Program-made: the position numbers and the translations under genes | NCBI RefSeq assembly: GCF_024502345.1 | Contig: NZ_JALDNN010000001.1 | Direction: 5' to 3' (one strand) | DNA: 64,000 nucleotides | From: Escherichia coli | GTDB taxonomy: Bacteria > Pseudomonadota > Gammaproteobacteria > Enterobacterales > Enterobacteriaceae | Notes under the pieces: generated by a model | What the model was told of the DNA's origin: nothing | The model's input: only the letters and a program-made list of their open reading frames with translations | Database searches by the model: none | Shown: in pieces, positions 28,010 to 38,804 of the stretch | How positions within the stretch are numbered: the first letter of the stretch is position 1 | Layout of the letters: every line of letters begins with the position of its first letter

Positions 28010-29099
28010 ACCGCACGATGACGGTAATGGTGGCGGTGCCCTGAAATTTTCCTGTTTCCAGCTCACCACCGACCAGATTAACTGGCCAGGCGCGCATGTT
28101 GATGGTGCCATGCCCGGAAGGATCAACGGGAAGGATACCGTTCTGAAAAGGAATATTTGCAACTCCGCCGCCGAGATTTTCAATACGAATACCGACATCG
28201 GGCGCATTGTCTGAACTTCTTCGTCTGGCGACCAGGTTGTACTGGTCTACTACCCCAGTTGTACCGTCGATGCGCATTTGCAACGAGTTTTTAATCTTTG
28301 AAGTATCACCACAGTCATAAGTGATATCAAAGTCTACTGGAGTAAAACCGTCTGGCATGGCATTGCGGGTGGTAAACTTCTGACCATTGATGAATCCAAA
28401 ATTAACCTTAATAACATCGCCCTGATTAATTTTGCACGACTGTGGGGCGGTGAGATTTCCCTGAATCGATAACTTGACTAAATCATGGAAGTCACCTGTA
28501 GACGGGCTTCCCATTCCATCGACCCATGCGCCTTTAATGACGGCAATATCCGTTTTCGGAATGGTCATCGAGCCGAGAAATGGCTTGGTGACATACAGGG
28601 TAAAGGTGGTATTTGCACCAATATTAACGGGTCCATAACGAGACGTGTCACCCTGGCAAACACCCGTTTGAGTTGCAGCAGAATATACGGTGTTGCTTTT
28701 TATCTGTGTGAATCGGGTGTTAACAGAAACGGTCTGGTCAGTCACGAGTCCTGGAATGTCATTCGCCTGTAATGTGGTTTTAATATCCAGACTATCATTG
28801 AGTTTGTAATATCCTGCTTGATGTCCAGTGGTGGTAAGTACAGGGCTGACCATATAGACAAGTTTAACTGCCTTACCCGCAGAGCAGGTACAGGCGTATT
28901 GCCAGTTAGTGCTACTTAGCGTGGCAGAGGTAAACTCCCGTCCTGTCACGTTATCTGTCTGGTTCACCGTAACATCATCAACCACACTGCTGTAATTTGT
29001 CGCACCGCTAGTGCTGTCAGCTCCACACCCTCCTGAGGAGGCATAAGCGCAGGATGTGGATATCAACAAAAGTCCTGTTATAAGAGGCGCTCTTTTCAT
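28008..29099 (-). CDS. yraK: fimbrial adhesin-like protein
   Basis: ORF trimmed to signal-peptide start MKRAPLITGLLLISTSCAYA (363 aa); last gene of yraHIJK chaperone-usher operon. Confidence 0.8.
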   Translation of the reverse strand: MKRAPLITGLLLISTSCAYASSGGCGADSTSGATNYSSVVDDVTVNQTDNVTGREFTSATLSSTNWQYACTCSAGKAVKLVYMVSPVLTTTGHQAGYYKLNDSLDIKTTLQANDIPGLVTDQTVSVNTRFTQIKSNTVYSAATQTGVCQGDTSRYGPVNIGANTTFTLYVTKPFLGSMTIPKTDIAVIKGAWVDGMGSPSTGDFHDLVKLSIQGNLTAPQSCKINQGDVIKVNFGFINGQKFTTRNAMPDGFTPVDFDITYDCGDTSKIKNSLQMRIDGTTGVVDQYNLVARRRSSDNAPDVGIRIENLGGGVANIPFQNGILPVDPSGHGTINMRAWPVNLVGGELETGKFQGTATITVIVR

Positions 29100-29109
29100 T
29101 TTTTTATCC

Positions 29110-31626
29110 TTAATGGCACTGCGCCGTGCCTTGTAATACAGAGGTTGTTGGTTCTGAATCCGGTGTACTAAAAGCAAACTGACATTGTTGATCTGCCTGA
29201 TTTCCCCAGCGTACAGTCCAGCTTTGTGATTTACTCGATATCCCAGAGAGATATAGTATGCCGCCCTCATCGACGATACTTTGTTGCCCCGTCTCATCGT
29301 TGCTGGCAAGAGCGCCAAAGGGCAACGGTTTACCGTTGCGATCGCTGACTGTAACAAGTACGCGATAACCGATATTGGCGTTGAAACGCGCCGCTACCAT
29401 TGCACCTCTGTTGGGCACCACAAACTGTGTTGTTTGCTCAAGATCGACGTTATCGGGCAGCTGCGTAGTATCTACCGAGAGACGGTTTTCCTGGTAAGTC
29501 GTGAGATAAGGAACCACTGCATAGCCAAAGGGATCAGTAGCAATCCCCGGATAGTTTTGTATCCTCACGCCAGAAGCCCCATTAGCATCGATAAGCGCAA
29601 AAGCGTTGCCCAGATATTGCGAGAGCGTCACGCCATGAGGATGGATAACCACGCCGCCGGTAACGCCGTAATTGTATTGGCTGCTGTCATTACCGTAACT
29701 GTATCCGGCACTGAAGGTGCCATAAGGTGAACGGTAACTGGCGTTCAGGCTACTGTTATGGTTGTTATCGTCATCCAGACTTTGTTCCAGGCTATAGCTC
29801 AGGCGACCATCATCCAGCAGTGAGCCATCAAGACGCATTTCATGTTGGGTTGGGCGATCTTTCTGGCTGGTCATCTGATAGGAAACCCGGCTACGCGGTA
29901 ACCAGCGTTCTAACGGAATACTGAGATTCAAAGAGAGTGCGCGGTCATTATTTTGATCCGTGTAGCGACTGTATTGATAATTCAGGCTGTAACCAATTCC
30001 CCATTGCTGGCCGGAAACCCCAACTGAGATATTCCTGTTTTTATCGTTATTGCCCCAATAGTCTTGCTGCGAACCGGAGGCATACAGACTTACCCCATCA
30101 AATATTGTCTGGCTGATGTTGAATTGAATTTCACTTTTTTGGCGACTGTTATAGTCCCAATTGCGGGTATTGGCTTCATCAAAACTAAAATAGCCATCGT
30201 TGGTATAGCGATAGTAGCTAACAGCGATATTGGTGTTGGTTTCCGGGATATCTTTGATGTACTGCGTACGCCATTGATAGCCATGAAAAGAGTGCTGGTT
30301 ATCGAATTGGGTGTCAGCTCTGTTGATATCCATCGACAACGCGCCCAGTGCGCCAAGTGTGCCGCCGATACCGATCCCCAGCGCATAATAATCTTCAGAA
30401 CCGAGCAGGCCGCCATACAGCGTAAAAGTATTATTCAAACCATATATTGCCGTGGCTTCAGCAAATTCGGGTTCCTTGCTATCACTGTTTGCATCAGCGC
30501 GATAGCGTCCAGCGGTCGCGCTATATTTTAGATGCCCAGGTCGCTGCATCATGGGTAATGAAGAATAAGGCTGGATAAAGCGACGTTGTGTACCGTCACT
30601 TTCTTCAATCGTGACTTCTAAATCGCCGCTGTTGGAAGAGGGGTAGAGATCGTTAATTTCAAAGGCACCCGCTGGCACGTTGCTTTGATAGATCACATAA
30701 CCATTTTGCCTGATAGTCACGATTGCACTACTGTTTGCGATACCGCGTACCGTTGGGGCAAATCCGCGCTGGCTGTTTGGCAACATATTATCGTCGGAAG
30801 CGAGTTGCACGCCAGTAAAGGTGTAGCTGGAAAAAATACTGCCGCTGGTGGCGCTTTCTCCCAGAAGCAACTGAGACTTCAACGCCTTGATATCACGTTG
30901 TAAATAACTACTGATAGTGTTCCAGCTTGACGCCTGATCGTTGCGTGTCCACGTAGAATAGTTACGTAATCGCCAGGGGCCAAAATTAGCACCATTTTGC
31001 ATATTCAGGTACTGTCGTTGGCTACGATTGCCCTGGCGGTAACGGTTATTAGAACCTGTAAACGAGTAGTTGGTAAACAGCGTTGGTATACCATCGTCCC
31101 AACGAGAAGGGGAGACGTAACCTCTTGCATCACGGTACAGTGCAATTTGGGGAATGCTCAAATTAAGTCGCTGATGATTGAAATCAAATTCAGCAGCTGT
31201 ACCGGGAATGATTTGTTCAAGCGAGTTGATCACGCTATCGTCATCTTTTTCAGCCAGCGCCGGGATTTCATCCACCTTAATACCCAGCTCACGTAGTTGT
31301 TCTACCGTAAACTGTGGCTGCAGAAGTTGCTCTGCATTGGCGGTAAATGTAATTTTTTTCTGTGAAACCTTCTTTTTATTCAGCCAGATATCAACCTGAT
31401 AAGTTCCTGGTAGTTGTGCGTATTTTTTTGAAAAACGTGACAGATCAGTTGTTTGCATACCACTTTTTGTAGTTTCCAGCATAATGGGGTCGAAATAATA
31501 CTCTTCGGCGTTAGCGGTAGTGCAAAGCATGCCGCTGCCAGTGAGCACCATCGGCAAACAGCGTTTGATGATGAGCGCCAACTGTTTCGGTGTGCGTTTA
31601 TGTCCCTGGTGGTGTCGTTGTGGCAT
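29110..31626 (-). CDS. yraJ: fimbrial outer-membrane usher
   Basis: 838-aa ORF recognised as YraJ, usher family. Confidence 0.9.
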   Translation of the reverse strand: MPQRHHQGHKRTPKQLALIIKRCLPMVLTGSGMLCTTANAEEYYFDPIMLETTKSGMQTTDLSRFSKKYAQLPGTYQVDIWLNKKKVSQKKITFTANAEQLLQPQFTVEQLRELGIKVDEIPALAEKDDDSVINSLEQIIPGTAAEFDFNHQRLNLSIPQIALYRDARGYVSPSRWDDGIPTLFTNYSFTGSNNRYRQGNRSQRQYLNMQNGANFGPWRLRNYSTWTRNDQASSWNTISSYLQRDIKALKSQLLLGESATSGSIFSSYTFTGVQLASDDNMLPNSQRGFAPTVRGIANSSAIVTIRQNGYVIYQSNVPAGAFEINDLYPSSNSGDLEVTIEESDGTQRRFIQPYSSLPMMQRPGHLKYSATAGRYRADANSDSKEPEFAEATAIYGLNNTFTLYGGLLGSEDYYALGIGIGGTLGALGALSMDINRADTQFDNQHSFHGYQWRTQYIKDIPETNTNIAVSYYRYTNDGYFSFDEANTRNWDYNSRQKSEIQFNISQTIFDGVSLYASGSQQDYWGNNDKNRNISVGVSGQQWGIGYSLNYQYSRYTDQNNDRALSLNLSIPLERWLPRSRVSYQMTSQKDRPTQHEMRLDGSLLDDGRLSYSLEQSLDDDNNHNSSLNASYRSPYGTFSAGYSYGNDSSQYNYGVTGGVVIHPHGVTLSQYLGNAFALIDANGASGVRIQNYPGIATDPFGYAVVPYLTTYQENRLSVDTTQLPDNVDLEQTTQFVVPNRGAMVAARFNANIGYRVLVTVSDRNGKPLPFGALASNDETGQQSIVDEGGILYLSGISSKSQSWTVRWGNQADQQCQFAFSTPDSEPTTSVLQGTAQCH

Positions 31627-31655
31627 TCCCTGATGACCTGTGTTTTTTATATTTG

Positions 31656-32351
31656 TTATTGCAGTGGACGAGTTTCTGTCCTGGAACTGCCGCCATAATC
31701 ATTGATTGCAGCCCATTTCACGTTCTTTCCGCCAGATGCAGGAAGTGGTAACTGTTTATGTTCTCCGGGCGCGATATATTCAATTTTGCTTGTGAGATCG
31801 GTTTTATCGACTGCCAGTCCGGCAAATACGACGTAATATTCAGTTGGGTTATATATATTGAGTGAATGGTCACTACGTTTAAATTCCAGTGATGTCCACG
31901 CATCGTTTACCCGTCCCTTCAGGTGTGCGGGGCGATAAAACATTTTGATCCGTGTTTTAAATACCAGCGTCAACTCGTTAGCATTAACATCATCTGATTT
32001 TTTCTTTGCTGGAATGGCACGAACATTAATGTAGAACAGCGACTCTTTATTTTCAGGCAGGTTATCAGCTGTTTTAATAATTCGCAGTGATGAGTCATCG
32101 CCAGCTTCAAGACGAAATAGCGGTGGGGTTATAATAAATGGGGCACGGCTTGTACCATCTATATTATCTACCCATGATTGCAGTAAATAAGGCGTTTCTG
32201 CGCCTTTGTTTGCGACAGGTAACGCAGCCTCTTTGCGGCTGGCATCATAGATCACTCGCGTTCGCTGTAAAACGATACCCCCTGCAAGCGCCTGGCCGAT
32301 ACAGAAGCTACACAACAAGGTTATTATCACCGCGAATGTTCGTTTTGACAT
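31656..32351 (-). CDS. yraI: periplasmic fimbrial chaperone (PapD-like)
   Basis: 231-aa ORF with signal peptide; recognised as YraI. Confidence 0.9.
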   Translation of the reverse strand: MSKRTFAVIITLLCSFCIGQALAGGIVLQRTRVIYDASRKEAALPVANKGAETPYLLQSWVDNIDGTSRAPFIITPPLFRLEAGDDSSLRIIKTADNLPENKESLFYINVRAIPAKKKSDDVNANELTLVFKTRIKMFYRPAHLKGRVNDAWTSLEFKRSDHSLNIYNPTEYYVVFAGLAVDKTDLTSKIEYIAPGEHKQLPLPASGGKNVKWAAINDYGGSSRTETRPLQ

Positions 32352-32430
32352 AGTTATTTTTCAACCTGATACAACGAGAAAGAGGAAGGAAAAGGGCGTT
32401 ATCTGAAAGGTCAGATAACGCCGTAACGTA

Positions 32431-33015
32431 TTAACGGTAATCCAGCGTTACGTTAACGACAGCGTCTGCTTCCCCTGGGGTGATTTCTGATGCTTCAACG
32501 GTTGATACGTAGTAAGCGATGAGGTCAACATTGACAATACCATTGGAGTCCGCTGGGATCTGATAAACCGTGTTATCATTCCCCATAGCATTCAGTGGCA
32601 TAAGGTTTCCGCTTTCCGCATCGTCAATACGGATACCCACACCTGTTGCCGCTGTGCCAGCAAAAGAGCCCACTTTTGCCAGATTAGGGAAGTTAGGGAC
32701 GGTGCCATTATCCCGCGTTTCCAGCCATAAACGGAAAGACGCTTCAACGTTGCCGTTATCGTGCTCCCACCCAGTCACTGGGCAGTTAACTAAAGGAATA
32801 GTGAATGGAATTTTTGGGCTACGATCGCCAACAGAACGAAACTGTTCGGCATTATAGTGACCAAGAGCAACTTCAATTTTCTTATCAGAGTCATTGATTT
32901 CACAAGCGGATTTTAAAATCTCGCCATCAAAAACTATTTCACCATCGGTTGCAGCGGCATTACCTGCGAAAAGCGCAAGTAAGCCCACAATAGCTGTTTT
33001 TGTAACTTTATTCAT
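32431..33015 (-). CDS. yraH: fimbrial major subunit-like protein
   Basis: 194-aa ORF with signal peptide; first gene of yra operon. Confidence 0.85.
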   Translation of the reverse strand: MNKVTKTAIVGLLALFAGNAAATDGEIVFDGEILKSACEINDSDKKIEVALGHYNAEQFRSVGDRSPKIPFTIPLVNCPVTGWEHDNGNVEASFRLWLETRDNGTVPNFPNLAKVGSFAGTAATGVGIRIDDAESGNLMPLNAMGNDNTVYQIPADSNGIVNVDLIAYYVSTVEASEITPGEADAVVNVTLDYR

Positions 33016-33415
33016 TTATAACCTTATCCTTGTAACAAGTACATAATCATATTTAATGTGAATATATGTTCAACATCTTTAAAGATTATACAGGTAGAAA
33101 TATTTCATTGAACATTAAATAGACTAAACTTTAAGATTATATTTATATGCAAATATTTTATGTTTTTATTATATTGATATGAATTTTCTATGTGTTAAAA
33201 AGAGTATAAATGCCTGACTTTGCTGCGCCAGGGGCCGAGTCAGAATACGAGGTGATTTATTAATAGAACAAGTTATATGTATATCTAAAATTAAATTGTT
33301 GAACATAACTCCTTTTGCTATTGGCGTTATGTTCAACCCAGTCAAATGTTATTTAATATAATGCGTGACTGTTGAATAAGTTAATTTAAAAATTTTGAGC
33401 AAATTTTTCATCTGG

Positions 33416-34171
33416 TTAGGTATTAATTAAACAAATAAAGTTACTGTGCAGCCATAAAAACGAAGCCGGGATAGCGGTGGAGACTTTAGCCGTGAGAAAA
33501 CGTTCTGTCGCATCCTGCTTTCCTTCGCCAGTCACCAATAACAAAACCTCGCGGGCATTGAGAATATCCTTCAGGCCTAAGGTGATCCCACGAGTCACGG
33601 GGCGACCCGTGGTTTTTAACATCTCATGTTGCTGTGTTCTGGCATCAAGTTGACTGATATGGCAGGCCGGTTGTAGGCTTTCTCCCGGTTCGTTCAGCCC
33701 AAGATGACCGTTTTTCCCCAACCCGAGAACGCATAAATCCAGACCGCCTTTGCGCGCAATCAGGTTCGTTACCCGTTCGCACTCTGTCTCATTTATCTCT
33801 TCGGAGCGAAAGCTGATGAGCTGGTCTTCACGCAGCCCCAGCGGCTGCACGATATGCTGTTGTAGGAAAGTTTCGCAGGTGCCAGGCATCGTTAATGGCA
33901 GATCCACCCATTCGTCGAGCTTCACGAAGGTGAGCTGGCTGATATCAACCTGCTGCTGGTGGATTTTTTCTACCAGATAATGATACGTCAGTAATGGCGT
34001 GGCTCCGGTCGCCAGGCAAATCACGGCATCCGGTTTGCTACGGATCACAGCCAATAAATATTCGCTGGCTCGTTCACTTAACGCCGTATAGTTTTCAACT
34101 TGCTGAAGGGTTTGCACAGGATGAAATTCCTTAAGTAAAGAGGCACCGCCAGAAGCAGTGCCTCGTTCCAT
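33416..34171 (-). CDS. agaI: galactosamine-6-phosphate deaminase/isomerase-like protein
   Basis: 251-aa NagB-family ORF; position at end of aga cluster. Confidence 0.85.
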   Translation of the reverse strand: MERGTASGGASLLKEFHPVQTLQQVENYTALSERASEYLLAVIRSKPDAVICLATGATPLLTYHYLVEKIHQQQVDISQLTFVKLDEWVDLPLTMPGTCETFLQQHIVQPLGLREDQLISFRSEEINETECERVTNLIARKGGLDLCVLGLGKNGHLGLNEPGESLQPACHISQLDARTQQHEMLKTTGRPVTRGITLGLKDILNAREVLLLVTGEGKQDATERFLTAKVSTAIPASFLWLHSNFICLINT

Positions 34172-34963
34172 TTACAAAATGCCGAATGCGGAACAAACAA
34201 TAGAGAGCACAAAAGTCACGCCGATTAACAGCACCGGATGCGCTTTTTTCACCCGCAGGAAGTAATACATCAGCATGGTGTAGGCCATCGGTAAAATGTT
34301 CGGGAAGACTTTATCGAAGAAATCCTGTTGCAGCGCGACGCTGTGGGTACTGTCGATGGCAAACGATGTCACCACGTTAATATGCACATACGAAGCGATC
34401 AGCCCGCCGATTACCGTGATCCCGAGGATGGTTGCCGAGCGAGCAATCATCTGCGAGTTCTCTCGCACTTTATCGATCGCCTTCACGCCGACTGAATAAC
34501 CGACGTGGGTCCAGCCGACGCGCAGGAAAAAGATAAGCAGGTAAACGGCGAAAAATAGAATCGGCCCCAGCAGGTTTCCCTGGCTGGCAAATGATGAGCA
34601 AATTCCCGCCATAATCGGCAACAAAGTAAACCAGAAAATCGCATCGCCAATCCCGGCGATTGGGCCAAACAGTGCCACTTTGAGGCCTTTAATGGTGTCG
34701 CGGTTTTCTCCTTTTTCTTCCATCGAAATTAATAACCCCATCAGGAATCCGACCAGATTCGGGTGGGTATTAATAAATTCGAGGTTATCTTTCATCGCCG
34801 CGCTTAAGCCCGGTTTGTCGTCCTTATAAATCTTTTTCAGGATCGGCAACATCGCCCAGGTAAAACCGCCCGCCTGCATCCTTTCGTAGTTAAAGCTCGC
34901 TTGCAGCAGCGACGAACGAAAGCCCAGACGGGTGATATCTTTTTTACTGATTTCAGATCCCAT
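34172..34963 (-). CDS. agaD: PTS galactosamine-specific EIID component
   Basis: ORF trimmed to MGSEISKKDITRLG (263 aa); mannose-family IID. Confidence 0.85.
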   Translation of the reverse strand: MGSEISKKDITRLGFRSSLLQASFNYERMQAGGFTWAMLPILKKIYKDDKPGLSAAMKDNLEFINTHPNLVGFLMGLLISMEEKGENRDTIKGLKVALFGPIAGIGDAIFWFTLLPIMAGICSSFASQGNLLGPILFFAVYLLIFFLRVGWTHVGYSVGVKAIDKVRENSQMIARSATILGITVIGGLIASYVHINVVTSFAIDSTHSVALQQDFFDKVFPNILPMAYTMLMYYFLRVKKAHPVLLIGVTFVLSIVCSAFGIL

Positions 34964-35756
34964 TGCTGTAGTCCTCTTCTTCATTTTTACTGGCAACGGG
35001 CTGCGGTTGCGCTTGCTGCCGGGATTTCGCATTGAAAAACTCATACACCGCAAAGCCTGCGCCCAGTACGGCAACCGGCAACAGGTTGCTGACCTGGATG
35101 TAGCAAACAAACAGGAAACCGGCGATCAGGTAAGGGATATATTGCGCTTTGAACATTACGCGCAGCAGCAAGCCAAAACCAACGGCAGGCAGAATACCGC
35201 CAGCCACTTCAAAGCCGTGGGTCAACCAGGCGGGCATCGCTTTCACCAGCGCCTGCATCGCCCCTTGTGCCAGGTAAGTACAGAGGAAAGCAATCACCGC
35301 ATACGCTGAAGCGACGATGAGCATCGTTGTCCAGTTAAGCCGGGAAAACGCTGCCGTATCCGCCTCTTTCGCGCATTTATCGGCTTTGGTCATAAATAAT
35401 GAGAAAGCGGAATAGAAGAACAGAATGACGTACTGCATTAACAAACTAAACGGCAGGCCAAGACCAATTGCTGTTTTGGCATCAACGCCCGTAGACCATG
35501 CAATGACGGTGGTCATCAGACCCGCCATAATCGGGTTGGGCGGCTGAACACCACCTGCAGGGGTTAATCCGGCGAAAGCCAACTCTGTCAGACCACCGGT
35601 AATTAAGCCAGTCTGAATATCACCGAGAATAGCGCCAGTTAGGGTACAAACGATTATCGGGCGGAATAAAAATAAGGCTTCCAGCCAAAAATCAATCCCC
35701 AGAACGAAAACTAACGCCGCCAGGGATAATCCCTGAAGTAGGGTTATTTCATGCAT
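34953..35756 (-). CDS. agaC: PTS galactosamine-specific EIIC component
   Basis: 267-aa membrane ORF recognised as AgaC. Confidence 0.85.
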   Translation of the reverse strand: MHEITLLQGLSLAALVFVLGIDFWLEALFLFRPIIVCTLTGAILGDIQTGLITGGLTELAFAGLTPAGGVQPPNPIMAGLMTTVIAWSTGVDAKTAIGLGLPFSLLMQYVILFFYSAFSLFMTKADKCAKEADTAAFSRLNWTTMLIVASAYAVIAFLCTYLAQGAMQALVKAMPAWLTHGFEVAGGILPAVGFGLLLRVMFKAQYIPYLIAGFLFVCYIQVSNLLPVAVLGAGFAVYEFFNAKSRQQAQPQPVASKNEEEDYSNGI

Positions 35757-35794
35757 TTTTATTACCTCAAACCAATATTAAGGCGATTTTAGAT

Positions 35795-36271
35795 TTAGTC
35801 AGGGATTTGTTCTTTTTGATCGCCAGGGACGTCCTGAATGAAAACATTCACGCCACGTTGTTTAATAAAACGTAAGTCCGCGAGATCCTGGTCATCGACA
35901 TAAACTTTACTGCTGATTTGCTTTTTCCCTTCCGAGAAATGCATATTGCCGACGTTGATATCTTTCAGGTCAATGCCACCTTCTACCAATTTACGTACCG
36001 TTTGTGGCGTACGGCAAATAAGGAAGATCTTCTGATGCGGTGCAGCTTTGCCGATGACGTTAATGGTTTTTTCGATAGTAAAGAAACGAATGCCAAAGCC
36101 GTAGGTTTCTGCGGTAATACCCATTAATTTCTGTTGAATATCATCGTTAGCGACAACATCATCCACGACTACCAGCAGATTCGCACCGATGGTGGATGTC
36201 CAGGTCACGCCAACCTGACCGTGAACCAGACGGTTATCAATACGGGTTAAGAGAATATTTGGACTGCTCAT
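35795..36271 (-). CDS. agaB: PTS galactosamine-specific EIIB component
   Basis: 158-aa ORF recognised as AgaB. Confidence 0.85.
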   Translation of the reverse strand: MSSPNILLTRIDNRLVHGQVGVTWTSTIGANLLVVVDDVVANDDIQQKLMGITAETYGFGIRFFTIEKTINVIGKAAPHQKIFLICRTPQTVRKLVEGGIDLKDINVGNMHFSEGKKQISSKVYVDDQDLADLRFIKQRGVNVFIQDVPGDQKEQIPD

Positions 36272-36437
36272 TGTGTAATCCTCACCATAAAGTTGAATAA
36301 TATAATTTTTTTTAATATATTATTGTTGCGATATTGTACTGATGTATTTATTAAGGTTTAGTCATCTCCTTTTCCATTAAGGCACTCCCCGATATTAATC
36401 GGGAAGTACATTGGGATAAATCATAAAAAACTAATGA

Positions 36438-37310
<873 letters not shown>

Positions 37311-38465
37311 TTATGCCTGCCACGGATGAATGATTACGCCTTGCACCACGCGGTTAACGGTGCCGCTGGCTGATGGGGTATCCGGCGTATTGCCCATGTG
37401 CAGCGACTGCATCAGTGCAAACGTCTGGGCGTACATCAGGAAGCAAAATGCCTGCTCAACGTCGATAAAGTGACGTGACGGCGGCAGGATAATATGTGGA
37501 CCGGCAGCGACGATGTCGGTGCTTTCCGCGGCGATGGCGATTACGCGCATTGCCTGGTTGTCACGGCGGAGTTCAGCCAGCAGATCAAGATCATACTGAC
37601 GGGTGTAAGGGTGGCTGGAGACAAATACCACCACCAGTGTTTCGTTATCGACCAGCGATTTTGGTCCATGACGGAATCCGGTTGGAGAATCATAAAAGGC
37701 CGCCAGTTTACCCGCCGTCAGTTCCAGCACTTTCAGCGCCGACTCGCGTGCTGCGCCCTGTAAGCCACCGCTGCCGAGATAAACGATCCGTTTCCACGGT
37801 GCGTAACCAAACACACCTTCGCTGAAATCGCCCAGTGAGGTCAGGATCGCCTGGCAACGATCCGCCACGTCGCGGAAGGTTTGGCTGTTGATCGTCTCAG
37901 GTGCGAAAACCGCGAGGCAGCTGGCCATCATGGTGGTAATGCTGCTGGTCATCGCAAAGCCGCGATCGTGCGTTTCTGCGGGCATCAGCAGGGCAAACGC
38001 GTTATCGCTGTTGATCGCGTTTTGGTAAAGAGCGCCCGCTTCGTTGCAGGTGATCGGCAGGTGATAGCATTCTGGTACAAATTGATTTGCCAGTTCCACG
38101 GCAGCGACGCTTTCCGGGCTGTTGCCGGATCGACCGAAGGAGATCAACAGCAGCGGATGGGCTGGGTTCAGGTAGTCCATCGGATTGGTGACCAGATCGG
38201 TGGTCGGTACGGCGCTGAAGTTTTTACCGGTATGGCTGGCGAGCCACGGCGCGATGATGTCACCGATAAATGCCGACGTTCCGGCTCCGGTCAGGATGAT
38301 CCGCAGATTCTCTTTGCGCAGTAACGGTTCAAGGAAGTTATTGAGCGCGGAACGTAGCGCGTCGATGTTGGTGAGTGAACGGATCCATGCGCGAGGCTGA
38401 TGGCGGATCTCTTCTTCAGTCCATGTACCGGTTGCGGCGGCAGCAGGGGTGTAATTTTCTGGCAT
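37311..38465 (-). CDS. agaS: SIS-domain galactosamine-6-phosphate deaminase/isomerase
   Basis: 384-aa ORF recognised as AgaS. Confidence 0.9.
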   Translation of the reverse strand: MPENYTPAAAATGTWTEEEIRHQPRAWIRSLTNIDALRSALNNFLEPLLRKENLRIILTGAGTSAFIGDIIAPWLASHTGKNFSAVPTTDLVTNPMDYLNPAHPLLLISFGRSGNSPESVAAVELANQFVPECYHLPITCNEAGALYQNAINSDNAFALLMPAETHDRGFAMTSSITTMMASCLAVFAPETINSQTFRDVADRCQAILTSLGDFSEGVFGYAPWKRIVYLGSGGLQGAARESALKVLELTAGKLAAFYDSPTGFRHGPKSLVDNETLVVVFVSSHPYTRQYDLDLLAELRRDNQAMRVIAIAAESTDIVAAGPHIILPPSRHFIDVEQAFCFLMYAQTFALMQSLHMGNTPDTPSASGTVNRVVQGVIIHPWQA

Positions 38466-38620
38466 AACTCAATCCTTAGTCTGATGAACTTGACGTCGGG
38501 CGTTGTCGCTTTCACTTGCCTTTCGTTTCATTTCACTTGGTGATGTCTTTCGTTGATTAAAATCTATATAAAAGAAACTGAAAGTTCAATGGAGAAAAAG
38601 GAAATAAAACGAAATCTGTG
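38466..38620. promoter_or_regulatory. agaS promoter region with repeated CTTTCGTTT-type AgaR operator half-sites
   Basis: cctttcgtttcatttcac, tctttcgttg, aaaacgaaatc motifs upstream of agaS start. Confidence 0.5.
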
Positions 38621-38649
38621 ATCGTTGAAAGAAAAGACAAGGGAAGATT

Positions 38650-38760
38650 AAGAATTGCGTAATGACGTCGCTATGTTCACCGATTGCCGGATGCGGCGTA
38701 CCGTAGGTCGCATAAGACGCGTTAGCGTCGCATCCGACACCGCTGCACAGATCAAAAAGA
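38650..38760. repeat. REP element cluster between agaA and agaS
   Basis: GCCGGATGCGGCGTACCGTAGGTCGCATAAGACGCGTTAGCGTCGCATCCGAC palindromic units. Confidence 0.7.
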
Positions 38761-38804
38761 AAGGCCTTACGGGGGAAGTGAAGGCCCAATAATGGAGCAA
38801 ACCA

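Noticed and set aside
29100-29357. 86-codon N-terminal extension of yraK overlapping yraJ (track ORF 28008-29357)
   Set aside because: The extension overlaps the usher gene and lacks a signal peptide; the internal Met at 29099 starts a typical signal peptide and gives the expected 363 aa.
33016-33415. Possible small ORF or sRNA in the 400-bp yraH-agaI intergenic region
   Set aside because: No ORF with a plausible ribosome-binding site and no terminator-like hairpin seen; the region is better explained as an AT-rich silenced promoter.
34964-35110. 49-codon N-terminal extension of agaD overlapping agaC
   Set aside because: The internal start MGSEISKKD gives the expected EIID length and the usual short overlap with agaC; the extension is likely read-through of an open frame.
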